Shown here: piece by piece, positions 52,464-60,163 of the stretch | How the letters are laid out: the number at the start of each line of letters is the position of its first letter | How positions within the stretch are numbered: the first letter of the stretch is position 1 | Assembly (NCBI GenBank): GCA_045589295.1 | Contig: JAZNOU010000020.1 | Location: 18,719 to 82,718, forward strand | Length of the DNA: 64,000 nt | Direction of reading: 5' to 3' | From: Clostridia bacterium | Lineage (GTDB): Bacteria; Bacillota; Clostridia; RGIG6154 | The notes under the pieces: model-generated | Databases searched by the model: none | What the model saw: the letters and a program-made list of their open reading frames with translations, nothing else | What the model was told of the DNA's origin: nothing | Translations under genes and position numbers: made by a program

Positions 52464-52474
52464 GAGGAATTTTT

Positions 52475-52717
52475 ATGGCAGCAACACAAAATCAAATTGA
52501 CAACTTAGTTACTCTTCTTGACGGTTATGTAAAAAAAGGTGGTCATCACCTTAATGTTAATGTTTTCACAAGAGAAACTCTTTTAGATGCGCAGCAGCAT
52601 CCAGAAAGATACCCTCAGCTCACAGTTAGAGTAAGCGGTTATGCAGTAAACTTTATAAAGCTTACTAAAGAACAGCAAGACGAGGTTATCTCAAGAACAT
52701 TCCACGACCAAATATGA
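52475..52717 (+). CDS. Stand-alone glycyl-radical domain (PFL C-terminus / GrcA-like)
   Basis: [22 protein letters not shown]; own AGGAGG RBS. Confidence 0.9.
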   Translation: MAATQNQIDNLVTLLDGYVKKGGHHLNVNVFTRETLLDAQQHPERYPQLTVRVSGYAVNFIKLTKEQQDEVISRTFHDQI

Positions 52718-53448
52718 TAGGATACATACATTCAACAGAAAGTTTTGGAACTGTTGACGGACCTGGCATAAGATTTGTAGTATTTATGCAAGGGTGTCCT
52801 ATGCGTTGCCTTTATTGTCATAATCCTGATACATGGCCGATAAATAAAGGCAAAAAAGTTTTGGCTGAAGAAATAATTTCGGAATATTTAAAAAACCGCC
52901 CTTTCTACAAAGAGGGCGGTATTACTGTTACCGGCGGTGAACCGCTTTTACAGATTGATTTCATTACCGAACTATTTAAGCTGGCAAAAAAGGAAAGTAT
53001 ACACACGTGTATCGACACCTCAGGGATTATATTTACACCTTACAACACACAAAAGTTTGATGAGCTTATGAACTACACTGACCTTGTTATGTTGGATTTA
53101 AAGCATATTGACCCTATAAAACATCAAAAGCTTACAGGTCAAGATAATAAAAACATATTGCTATTTGCTAAATATCTTGAAGAAAAATCTATTCCGCTAT
53201 GGATAAGACACATTATAGTAGAAGGCATTACAGATGAAGAAAGTGATTTAATAAAGCTGGGTGAATTTATCGGCAAATTAAAAAATTTGAAAGCTCTCGA
53301 CATATTGCCTTATCACACAATGGGAGTAAATAAGTATAAGGAACTTAACATTCCCTACCCATTAGATGGCATGAAAGCACTTCCGCTCGAAAAAGCAATA
53401 CAAGCTAAGCAATTTGTGATGCAAGGAATAAAAAATGTAAGAGAATAA
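52714..53448 (+). CDS. pflA: Pyruvate formate-lyase activating enzyme
   Basis: [30 protein letters not shown]. Confidence 0.96.
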   Translation: MIGYIHSTESFGTVDGPGIRFVVFMQGCPMRCLYCHNPDTWPINKGKKVLAEEIISEYLKNRPFYKEGGITVTGGEPLLQIDFITELFKLAKKESIHTCIDTSGIIFTPYNTQKFDELMNYTDLVMLDLKHIDPIKHQKLTGQDNKNILLFAKYLEEKSIPLWIRHIIVEGITDEESDLIKLGEFIGKLKNLKALDILPYHTMGVNKYKELNIPYPLDGMKALPLEKAIQAKQFVMQGIKNVRE

Positions 53449-53475
53449 AAAAAATCCGCTTTCGCGGATTTTTTT
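53447..53475. terminator. Bidirectional terminator
   Basis: AAAAAAATCCGC-TTTC-GCGGATTTTTT. Confidence 0.85.
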
Positions 53476-53992
53476 ATTCTTTATGTCTTATAAGTGAAAT
53501 GATTGCGGAACACATATTCATAACCTCACAGATAAGCCCACCTAGTGTGAAGTTAAAGATATTATGTACAATCCATGACGGTGACATATAAATTATCTGG
53601 AAATATCTTATATGTTTTGCATTTCCTTTCCACATAAATATTGTCATAATAAAAAGCGCAATAAACGGAAGTGTTGCCAAGAAAATCTGGAATAGATTCC
53701 CCTTTGCCATAAACACCGAAACTGTGTAGCAAGCTGTATATAGAAAACAAATCACAACTACTTTCCACACCTTTTTATCATCCTTGGATAAAAGTGCACC
53801 GCGCACTACATTTGTAAGATTAAAAAGTGCACCGGCCAATGCCCCTATTAAAATAAAGTTAAGAAAATACATAAACCCGCCGAGTGCCTGCATTGCAAAA
53901 AACTTTTTATTTTCTTTGCATTGGAAAGATAAAACTGTTATAACAAGTCCCAATATACCAAACCCCTGTGCAATAAAATCTACAAGTGTCAT
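53474..53992 (-). CDS. YgjV-like inner membrane protein
   Basis: IAQGFG..LSFQ.K, WIVHNI, GG..E pattern; multiple TM. Confidence 0.7.
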   Translation of the reverse strand: MTLVDFIAQGFGILGLVITVLSFQCKENKKFFAMQALGGFMYFLNFILIGALAGALFNLTNVVRGALLSKDDKKVWKVVVICFLYTACYTVSVFMAKGNLFQIFLATLPFIALFIMTIFMWKGNAKHIRYFQIIYMSPSWIVHNIFNFTLGGLICEVMNMCSAIISLIRHKE

Positions 53993-54037
53993 AATCTGCC
54001 CCCTAAATATTATTAATTTTAACATATTGCTTTTAAC

Positions 54038-55237
54038 TTAAATAAATTCATTCACCGCAACATATTTTGCATAATATTCCTCATAAGTTATACCCTCTTC
54101 ATATATTACCTTAGCAGCATTAATGCCGACATATCGGTAATGCCACGGCTCATAGGAATATCCCGTAATCCATTCTTTGCCTTTTGGGTATCTTAAAATA
54201 TATCCATACTCATGTGCATGTTTTTGTAACCACTTAAATTCAGGTGTGTATTCAAACGTACCTTTTGTTGAGCTTATATCAACCGCCAGACCTGTCTGGT
54301 GTTCAGAATGACCCGGCCTTGCCGAATAATTATCTGCATTAACTTTTCCTGTTGTTCTTACTTTATTATTGTAAAGATTCTTCTGATAATTCTCTGTTCT
54401 GTATGCCGAAAGAACTTTCATTGAAAGACCATCTTTTTTCGCGGCATCCGACATCTCAATATATTTTTCATAAGCCACACCTGCAAGTAAATACTGTTTT
54501 CCGTCGTTTACTGTATATTCCCTGCTCATATTAACAAGATTGTACTGCTCATAGCCTGCCGGCAACTGATTATACTTGTTAACCAAAACCAAAAGATCAT
54601 AAGGATTTTCAGTTGTAGCTACATTTTCATAAAAAGAATAATCCAATCCAAGATTTACTCTGAAAAAGATCTCATCCATACTGTACGAAGGCATTTTAAC
54701 GTGATAATCTATGTATCTTTGAAATCTTTCAGGATAAAAATTATTGCTATCACATACGTCCAATACCTCTTTTATAATTTTGTGATAATTATTGTTAAAA
54801 AGATATTTTTGTATGTTTAATTTCTGATTGTCGTATAAAATTCTATCTGGATTTAAAGCCGCTGATACCATTTCTATTGGTATGTATGTTCCCCCATTTT
54901 CCAAAACAGATGGATTTTCAAATTCCTTTTGCTCGCCGTTAACAATAATTATATTACTTCCTACAATGTGACGTATCGTATCTCCATCGCGTGACAAAGC
55001 TAAAATCTGGCAATCGCGATTTCTATAAAATACATACGCACCCATTTTTTCAAAAACTTTTCTTAAAGGAACATAGTGTGTATTATTTATAATAACGGAT
55101 GCAGAATCTATCGTCTCTCCGTTAAACTCAACCACAAAGCCAAGCTGAGTTTCAAGTTCCTGACAACTTACACTGACACAAGTTAAGGATGTAACAAAGA
55201 TAATACATGACATTATCATTGCTAACAGTTTTTTCAT
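54038..55237 (-). CDS. M15B (VanY-like) D,D/L,D-carboxypeptidase with N-terminal copper-amine-oxidase-like domain
   Basis: YVPLRKVFE; LVNK, SAYR, ARPGHSEHQTGLAVD, EPWHYRYVG. Confidence 0.88.
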   Translation of the reverse strand: MKKLLAMIMSCIIFVTSLTCVSVSCQELETQLGFVVEFNGETIDSASVIINNTHYVPLRKVFEKMGAYVFYRNRDCQILALSRDGDTIRHIVGSNIIIVNGEQKEFENPSVLENGGTYIPIEMVSAALNPDRILYDNQKLNIQKYLFNNNYHKIIKEVLDVCDSNNFYPERFQRYIDYHVKMPSYSMDEIFFRVNLGLDYSFYENVATTENPYDLLVLVNKYNQLPAGYEQYNLVNMSREYTVNDGKQYLLAGVAYEKYIEMSDAAKKDGLSMKVLSAYRTENYQKNLYNNKVRTTGKVNADNYSARPGHSEHQTGLAVDISSTKGTFEYTPEFKWLQKHAHEYGYILRYPKGKEWITGYSYEPWHYRYVGINAAKVIYEEGITYEEYYAKYVAVNEFI

Positions 55238-55359
55238 AAAATTCACTCCATAGCTTCTTGTTTTTTCATTGGGTACTCATACCATGTTAACTATACGCTA
55301 TACATAACGTACAACATACGCGCTTTTGACATTTTTTTGTTTTCGTTCTAGATATTGAT

Positions 55360-55388
55360 ATTATAGCACTAAAAAACAATAAAGTCAA
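55360..55388 (-). promoter_or_regulatory. SigA promoter of the M15 peptidase gene
   Basis: TTGACT-N17-TATAAT with TG. Confidence 0.65.
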
Positions 55389-55424
55389 AATAAAAAAGCC
55401 ATCTCATGATGACTCTTTATTTTT

Positions 55425-55490
55425 GGCAAAGCAGAATATAATTTAGATGCCGTATATTTTAGTTAAACTTTGCAACAAACGTCAAAGTAA
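55425..55490. repeat. Degenerate copy A of ~70-bp intergenic repeat
   Basis: TATAATTTAGATGCC (55437-55451) identical to copy C, followed by similar ATATTTTA..AAACTTT. Confidence 0.6.
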
Positions 55491-55537
55491 AGTCAATCCT
55501 TCTGCTGACAATTTATCATTATCGTATTGTAGTTATT

Positions 55538-56083
55538 TTATTTTTTTGCAGTATACAAAGAAACATTTGCTGTTATTCTGTTGCTGTATACTATAGACGC
55601 AAGTGCTTCAATAACCAATGCAACTGTGCTATACACCCAATATTCAATAATAGCATATACAATCCACATTAATAGAGTTGATAAGAAGCTGACAGCACCA
55701 AAAATATTTCCGCCTTCAGCTGTAGTTTCTGCTGAAAAAATACCGTTAAAAATAGATATGAAAAATCCTGCAAGAATTATCAGCCCAAGCATTATACTTC
55801 CCCATTTTTCAACATTATTTTTCCATTTTAAAAGTGATTTTGTAGTTTCATCAATTTTACAGCACTCTTCAATAGATTCAGGTGCTTCTCTCTCGGTTTC
55901 TTCCTTATCTATCTCATCTTCTAATTCTTTCTCTTCAATATAAATTTCTTGTTCTTCTCCACTGGCTCTTGCTTCAATTATCTTTTTGCAAATAAGCCTA
56001 TATTCTTCAACATATTGTTCATCATCTTTTCTTTTCAATAGTTCCTCAGTAGAAAGTTTTTTCAGCAAATCATAATAATCCAT
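55538..56083 (-). CDS. Hypothetical membrane protein (acidic N-terminus, 2 TM)
   Basis: 181-aa ORF with GAGG RBS and consensus promoter. Confidence 0.75.
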   Translation of the reverse strand: MDYYDLLKKLSTEELLKRKDDEQYVEEYRLICKKIIEARASGEEQEIYIEEKELEDEIDKEETEREAPESIEECCKIDETTKSLLKWKNNVEKWGSIMLGLIILAGFFISIFNGIFSAETTAEGGNIFGAVSFLSTLLMWIVYAIIEYWVYSTVALVIEALASIVYSNRITANVSLYTAKK

Positions 56084-56133
56084 TAGTATTACCTCTCAAT
56101 AGTATATTTTGCATTCAGGCAAAGCACAATACA

Positions 56134-56177
56134 ATTATACTCAATCTTTTGAGTATTGTCAATACTTTAAGTATGAT
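56134..56177. promoter_or_regulatory. Overlapping divergent promoters with palindromic operator
   Basis: Minus TTGACA-N17-TATAAT (56162-56134); plus TTGAGT-N17-TATGAT (56149-56177); palindrome ATACTCAA-TCTT-TTGAGTAT (56137-56156). Confidence 0.75.
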
Positions 56178-56198
56178 AAGATTATTCTGGTGATAAAA

Positions 56199-56399
56199 AT
56201 GATTAGTTACAAACCATTCTATGAAACACTTTATAAACAGGGACTCACTGAATATTATCTAATTTTCAAGCAAGGTTTCTCTGCTAATACACTTCACCGT
56301 ATAAAAAAAGGCGAAGCAATAAGTACTAAAACACTTGATGCGCTTTGTTATGTTTTAGATTGCAAAGTGGAAGATATTATTAAATTTGAAAAAGAATAG
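56199..56399 (+). CDS. Small Cro/C1-type HTH regulator
   Basis: MISYKPF, NTLHRIKKGEAISTKTLDALCYVLDCKVEDII. Confidence 0.88.
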   Translation: MISYKPFYETLYKQGLTEYYLIFKQGFSANTLHRIKKGEAISTKTLDALCYVLDCKVEDIIKFEKE

Positions 56400-56433
56400 C
56401 ACCTGATTATGATAAATCAGGTGCTATTCTTTT
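56391..56433. terminator. Bidirectional terminator abutting repeat copy B
   Basis: AAAGAATAGCACCTGATT...AATCAGGTGCTATTCTTT. Confidence 0.85.
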
Positions 56434-56493
56434 ATAAAGACTGTATAATCTGGATGCCAAGCTTTTGGATGGCACGTTCGTGTCAGGTTAGGA
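56424..56493. repeat. Copy B of ~70-bp intergenic repeat
   Basis: TATAAAGACTGTATAATCTGGATGCC-N26-AGGTTAGGA. Confidence 0.85.
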
Positions 56494-56522
56494 CTAAGAA
56501 TTTTTGGCAAATTAAACTTTAA

Positions 56523-56981
56523 TTATTCAATTACAAACTCTGCCCACACAGAACAATCTTTTTTGTCACCCATACCCAGACTGCAAGTAGAACGAAAACG
56601 ATATGTTCCTGGGTTACTAATATCAAACCTATCGGTGATGCGGTATTCTTTATCAACCTTTTCACTTGCATTCAATGTGTAACCTACCAATGTGAAAATA
56701 TTATCTTTGAGAGAACAACCGACCCATTCACCATTTTCTAATCGTTCAATCCAATACATTTCTCCATATGTAACCGTATGTTTTGTATTGTTGTTCCACG
56801 AAATAATTAAGGTTGTTATGTCAGGATAAATGCACATACTTTCAATCTCTATAAAAACACCTTCTACATCTGAATATGAAACATTATTGGAAACGGACTT
56901 TTTCTCTGGCAAAATGTTATTACAAACAATTAAACAAAGCACACAGACCAAAGATAAAAATAATACTAACGACTTTTTCAT
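56523..56981 (-). CDS. Secreted/lipoprotein with probable Ig-like domain
   Basis: Signal peptide; TYGEMYWIERLENGEW, PGTYRF; AAGGAGG RBS. Confidence 0.75.
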   Translation of the reverse strand: MKKSLVLFLSLVCVLCLIVCNNILPEKKSVSNNVSYSDVEGVFIEIESMCIYPDITTLIISWNNNTKHTVTYGEMYWIERLENGEWVGCSLKDNIFTLVGYTLNASEKVDKEYRITDRFDISNPGTYRFRSTCSLGMGDKKDCSVWAEFVIE

Positions 56982-57030
56982 GCTAACAACCTCCTTTATT
57001 TAATTCTTATTTGCATTTCCTAATCATTCG

Positions 57031-57101
57031 ACATTCTTTATATAAAGACTGTATAATTTAGATGCCACATATTTTAATAGAAAGTTTATGCAAAGTCAGG
57101 A
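57031..57101. repeat. Copy C of ~70-bp intergenic repeat
   Basis: ACATTCTTTATATAAAGACTGT (near-palindrome) ATAATTTAGATGCC-N26-AAGTCAGGA. Confidence 0.88.
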
Positions 57102-57108
57102 ACAATTT

Positions 57109-57612
57109 TTATGCCCAACCATGCAGATTTATTTCTATCGGAGATATGGCTTTTAACTTTTCAATTAAAAGATTTATTTCTTCATAGTCAGGATTCCAAC
57201 AATTTTGAGTTAGAACTAAACCTTTATAATATATTTGAATTTCCCAAGAATCAAACACCATCTGTGGTTCAATATTTATGTCATTAGTATAAAGTTTATC
57301 AAGAATAGCTACAACATTCTCTATTTCGGAATTGGATAACTGTTTTGTTTCTGCAGATTTAATTTTCTTCATAAAAGAAGTGGTTGTTATACTTTTTCGA
57401 TCTGTTTTACCAAAAGTCATCTCCTGTTCTCTTGTTCCAAATTTAACATTTAATTCATTATTGTTTAATGTAATATAATATGTTTCTTCATTTGTTCCAA
57501 AAGGATATATTGCTATTATGACTTTATTTTCTGATACAGTTTCCTTTGCATTAGAGCAACCTACCATCGAAACACACAATATAATCATTAGAAACAGTTT
57601 AAAAACACGCAT
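57109..57612 (-). CDS. Hypothetical lipoprotein
   Basis: MRVFKLF...SMVGC lipobox; GAGAGG RBS. Confidence 0.78.
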   Translation of the reverse strand: MRVFKLFLMIILCVSMVGCSNAKETVSENKVIIAIYPFGTNEETYYITLNNNELNVKFGTREQEMTFGKTDRKSITTTSFMKKIKSAETKQLSNSEIENVVAILDKLYTNDINIEPQMVFDSWEIQIYYKGLVLTQNCWNPDYEEINLLIEKLKAISPIEINLHGWA

Positions 57613-57640
57613 TGTAATTCCTCTCTTTCTACAAATTTCC

Positions 57641-57710
57641 ACAATCTTCATATAAAGACTGTATAATCTAGATGCCAATCGTTCTTACGAAACTTTATGT
57701 GAAGTTAGGA
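57641..57710. repeat. Copy D of ~70-bp intergenic repeat
   Basis: ACAATCTTCATATAAAGACTGTATAATCTAGATGCC-N25-AAGTTAGGA. Confidence 0.88.
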
Positions 57711-57758
57711 TTAAAAACATCCTTTTCTTATTCATTTTAAAATTTTATTATCTTTGAT

Positions 57759-57787
57759 ATTATATCATATAATGTATAGATTGACAA
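57759..57787 (-). promoter_or_regulatory. SigA promoter reading into the repeat/gene array
   Basis: TTGTCA-N17-TATAAT with TG extension; palindrome ATCAAAT-AA-ATTTGAT just upstream (57792-57807). Confidence 0.65.
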
Positions 57788-57806
57788 CCTTATCAAATAA
57801 ATTTGA

Positions 57807-57851
57807 TTAAAAGTAATCGGAGCAGAAAATTTCTGCTCCGATTACTTTTAA
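57807..57851 (-). terminator. Long-stem terminator after SLH-protein gene
   Basis: TTAAAAGTAATCGGAGCAGAAA-A-TTTCTGCTCCGATTACTTTTAA. Confidence 0.85.
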
Positions 57852-57877
57852 CACTTGTTATAGAGTTAGCTTTTTTA

Positions 57878-59728
57878 CTACTTAACTTTCGCAATTGTAA
57901 CGGCATCTTCTCCTACTGCTGATGTTATTTCGTGCAAGCGTCTGAACACATTATCTTTATCTCCGTTTTTAACGAAGGACATATTTGCACTTATAACACC
58001 ATCGCCAAATTTAGAGAATGAAACAATGGCTGAATATTCGCCATCATACTGTACGAATAATGCAAAGTTATTCTTGAAATCCTTTGGCATTACATACCCA
58101 CGGCTGTTTGTAAGAATTGTGAGTGCTGCAAGGTTTTCCGCTCCGTAGGATGAGTTTATAAGGCTTGCAAGTGTTGAGAAATTAAATTTTTTCAAAATAT
58201 GTTCAACCCAAACGTCGCCCATTTCGCTAAAATCAACACCTTCAGCTTTTGCTAAAGCTTCAAGATTTGCAATTATCTGCTCACGGTCAGCAGAAAGATA
58301 ATATATTTCTTTCGGTTTATTAAAATCAATGGTGCTGAGAACTAAAATCTTCTCTGTCATTTCATCATTGGTTGTATATAAACTTATAAAATCTTTATCT
58401 GATGCAAGTTTACCTGATTCTGTAATGAGCTTAATTGCTTCCTCTACATAGAAATCATTAATATTAATGGTATCTGTCACAATAATCTCTGTGGGTGCGT
58501 CTGCTCCGCCAATAATCGCCGAATTTGATGATTGAGCCGCATACACTCTAACAATTGTTGCAATAGCTTGTTCAGTTGTATATGTTTCCTTTGGAGCAAA
58601 TTTATTATTTCCAACTCCGTTCATTACTCCCATATTGCACATTACTTGAATAGAATCGGAAGCCCAATTAGAGATACTTGCTTCATCATCAAAGTTAAAA
58701 TACATTTCCGTAACGGGCACAGGAATTGTTTTATCTACCATTCTACTAAGAATAACGGCAGCTTCTTCACGGGTAAGCAAATCATTAGGAGCAAATTCTG
58801 TTTCAGTTTTCCCATTAATAATTCCCATTGCATTTAATCTGATAATTTTTGAATTTGTGGTATCAGTAAACTTATTTTCTCCTGTAACTGTGTCAACCTC
58901 TTTAATTACATTATAGCAATAATTATATATAAGTTCGCAAAATTCTTCACGGGTGATTGACATTCTGTATCGATAGACTTTTCCTTTTTCTGTGATGTTT
59001 AATGCTTCCGCCTTTTTTACATCACTCACCGCCCAATCACTTGGCGGTGCAAGAGGCGTACCATCTGACATTGCATTCTCACCTAATGTATCATTACCGG
59101 CATTTGGCAATTCTGCCGGAACAGGCATTACTGTATATTCATAATCAAACTCATCTGTGTCGGCAGCTTTATTAAGATTATATTTCTCTCCAAGTTTTTC
59201 AACAGTTTTATCCTCTATCAGTTCACTTAAAGCATTATTAACGAGATTATATATTGCCACTTGTCCGGCAGCCTCAAGAACATTCGCCTTTTCAACAGAA
59301 TTATTTGGAAATACAATTGCATATTCCTCTATACTTGTATCCGTAGATTCTTCATACGAATAAGTTACCTTTGCACTTAAATATGGAATAGTATAATCAA
59401 TCACATTATTTCTTTCTTCAGTAACAGCAATTGCTGATATTGCGCAGTCAACATCACCACCCATAACAGCAGAAAACAGTTGATCGAAAGACATATTGAC
59501 AAACTCAATATCAAATCCTATTCTGTCACCTATGTAATTCATAAGATCAATGTCAAATCCGTAGAGTTCTTCATTTTCGTCATAAGATTCAAACGGTGGA
59601 AAATCAGCAGATATTGCTACTTTGATTTTTGCTTTCTGCATCGGTCCGTCAATACCGTCTGCGAAAGCTACTGTTCCCATTGAAAGGAGCATTGTAATTG
59701 ATAAAATAATTGACAATAATTTTTTCAT
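57878..59728 (-). CDS. Secreted protein: partial family-3 solute-binding domain + SLH domains + unknown C-terminal domain
   Basis: ADFPPFE, GFDIDL, AIAVTEER; SLH motifs ITREEF, GIINGK..FAPNDLLTREEAA, MNGVGNNKFAP. Confidence 0.85.
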   Translation of the reverse strand: MKKLLSIILSITMLLSMGTVAFADGIDGPMQKAKIKVAISADFPPFESYDENEELYGFDIDLMNYIGDRIGFDIEFVNMSFDQLFSAVMGGDVDCAISAIAVTEERNNVIDYTIPYLSAKVTYSYEESTDTSIEEYAIVFPNNSVEKANVLEAAGQVAIYNLVNNALSELIEDKTVEKLGEKYNLNKAADTDEFDYEYTVMPVPAELPNAGNDTLGENAMSDGTPLAPPSDWAVSDVKKAEALNITEKGKVYRYRMSITREEFCELIYNYCYNVIKEVDTVTGENKFTDTTNSKIIRLNAMGIINGKTETEFAPNDLLTREEAAVILSRMVDKTIPVPVTEMYFNFDDEASISNWASDSIQVMCNMGVMNGVGNNKFAPKETYTTEQAIATIVRVYAAQSSNSAIIGGADAPTEIIVTDTININDFYVEEAIKLITESGKLASDKDFISLYTTNDEMTEKILVLSTIDFNKPKEIYYLSADREQIIANLEALAKAEGVDFSEMGDVWVEHILKKFNFSTLASLINSSYGAENLAALTILTNSRGYVMPKDFKNNFALFVQYDGEYSAIVSFSKFGDGVISANMSFVKNGDKDNVFRRLHEITSAVGEDAVTIAKVK

Positions 59729-59740
59729 TTTGTGTACCTC

Positions 59741-59998
59741 CTATTTGCCGAGCATGATTATTTCATATTCCTTTTCAGGTATTTCCACACGACCTACATA
59801 ACCGTTTCCGTGTGCTTTTGGTTCCGGTCTGTCCTGCGGAAGAATTATTATGTTATTATTCTTCGGTTTTCCAAAATCGAATTCCCATTTTTCGCCTCTG
59901 TAAACACCGTCATGGAACTCTAAATCCTTTGCATATACAACTGCTGATACAGTTATCAAAACAACAAGTGTTAAAAGCAATATTGTAATTCTTTTCAC
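59741..59998 (-). CDS. Small secreted hypothetical protein
   Basis: Signal peptide ending VYA; GTGA overlap with upstream gene. Confidence 0.65.
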   Translation of the reverse strand: MKRITILLLTLVVLITVSAVVYAKDLEFHDGVYRGEKWEFDFGKPKNNNIIILPQDRPEPKAHGNGYVGRVEIPEKEYEIIMLGK

Positions 59999-60150
59999 TT
60001 TTTGTCACCCTTTCTTTTTTTGCGTATCACAAGCACGATAAATGTTATTAGTACTGCGACTATAACCCCAACCAAAATCAATGTGTCCACATTTCCGACA
60101 AATGCAAATATGCTATCATTTTTTGCTTCAGGAAGATAAAATTCTTTCAT
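59995..60150 (-). CDS. Small single-TM hypothetical protein (51 aa)
   Basis: GGAGG RBS before MKEFY; TM followed by basic tail. Confidence 0.6.
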   Translation of the reverse strand: MKEFYLPEAKNDSIFAFVGNVDTLILVGVIVAVLITFIVLVIRKKRKGDKK

Positions 60151-60163
60151 TGCACGTTCCTCC

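Noticed and set aside
52440-52480. PFL split as a sequencing frameshift, stop readthrough or pseudogene
   Set aside because: There are extra codons, a stop, a strong SD and a new ATG rather than a 1-nt indel; TAG readthrough stays out of frame; catalytic motifs and pflA are intact. Read-level confirmation is still needed.
54038-55237. Vancomycin-resistance vanY
   Set aside because: No vanHAX/vanRS context; M15B peptidases are common housekeeping cell-wall enzymes.
57613-57678. Repeat as coding sequence (MASRLYSLY extension of ORF 57109-57678, or a WHLDYTVFI peptide)
   Set aside because: Differences between copies are non-synonymous, frames are not maintained, and the RBS and lipoprotein signal begin at 57612.
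55425-57710. CRISPR array interpretation of the repeats
   Set aside because: Intervals are 0.6-1 kb and contain whole genes; no cas genes are present.
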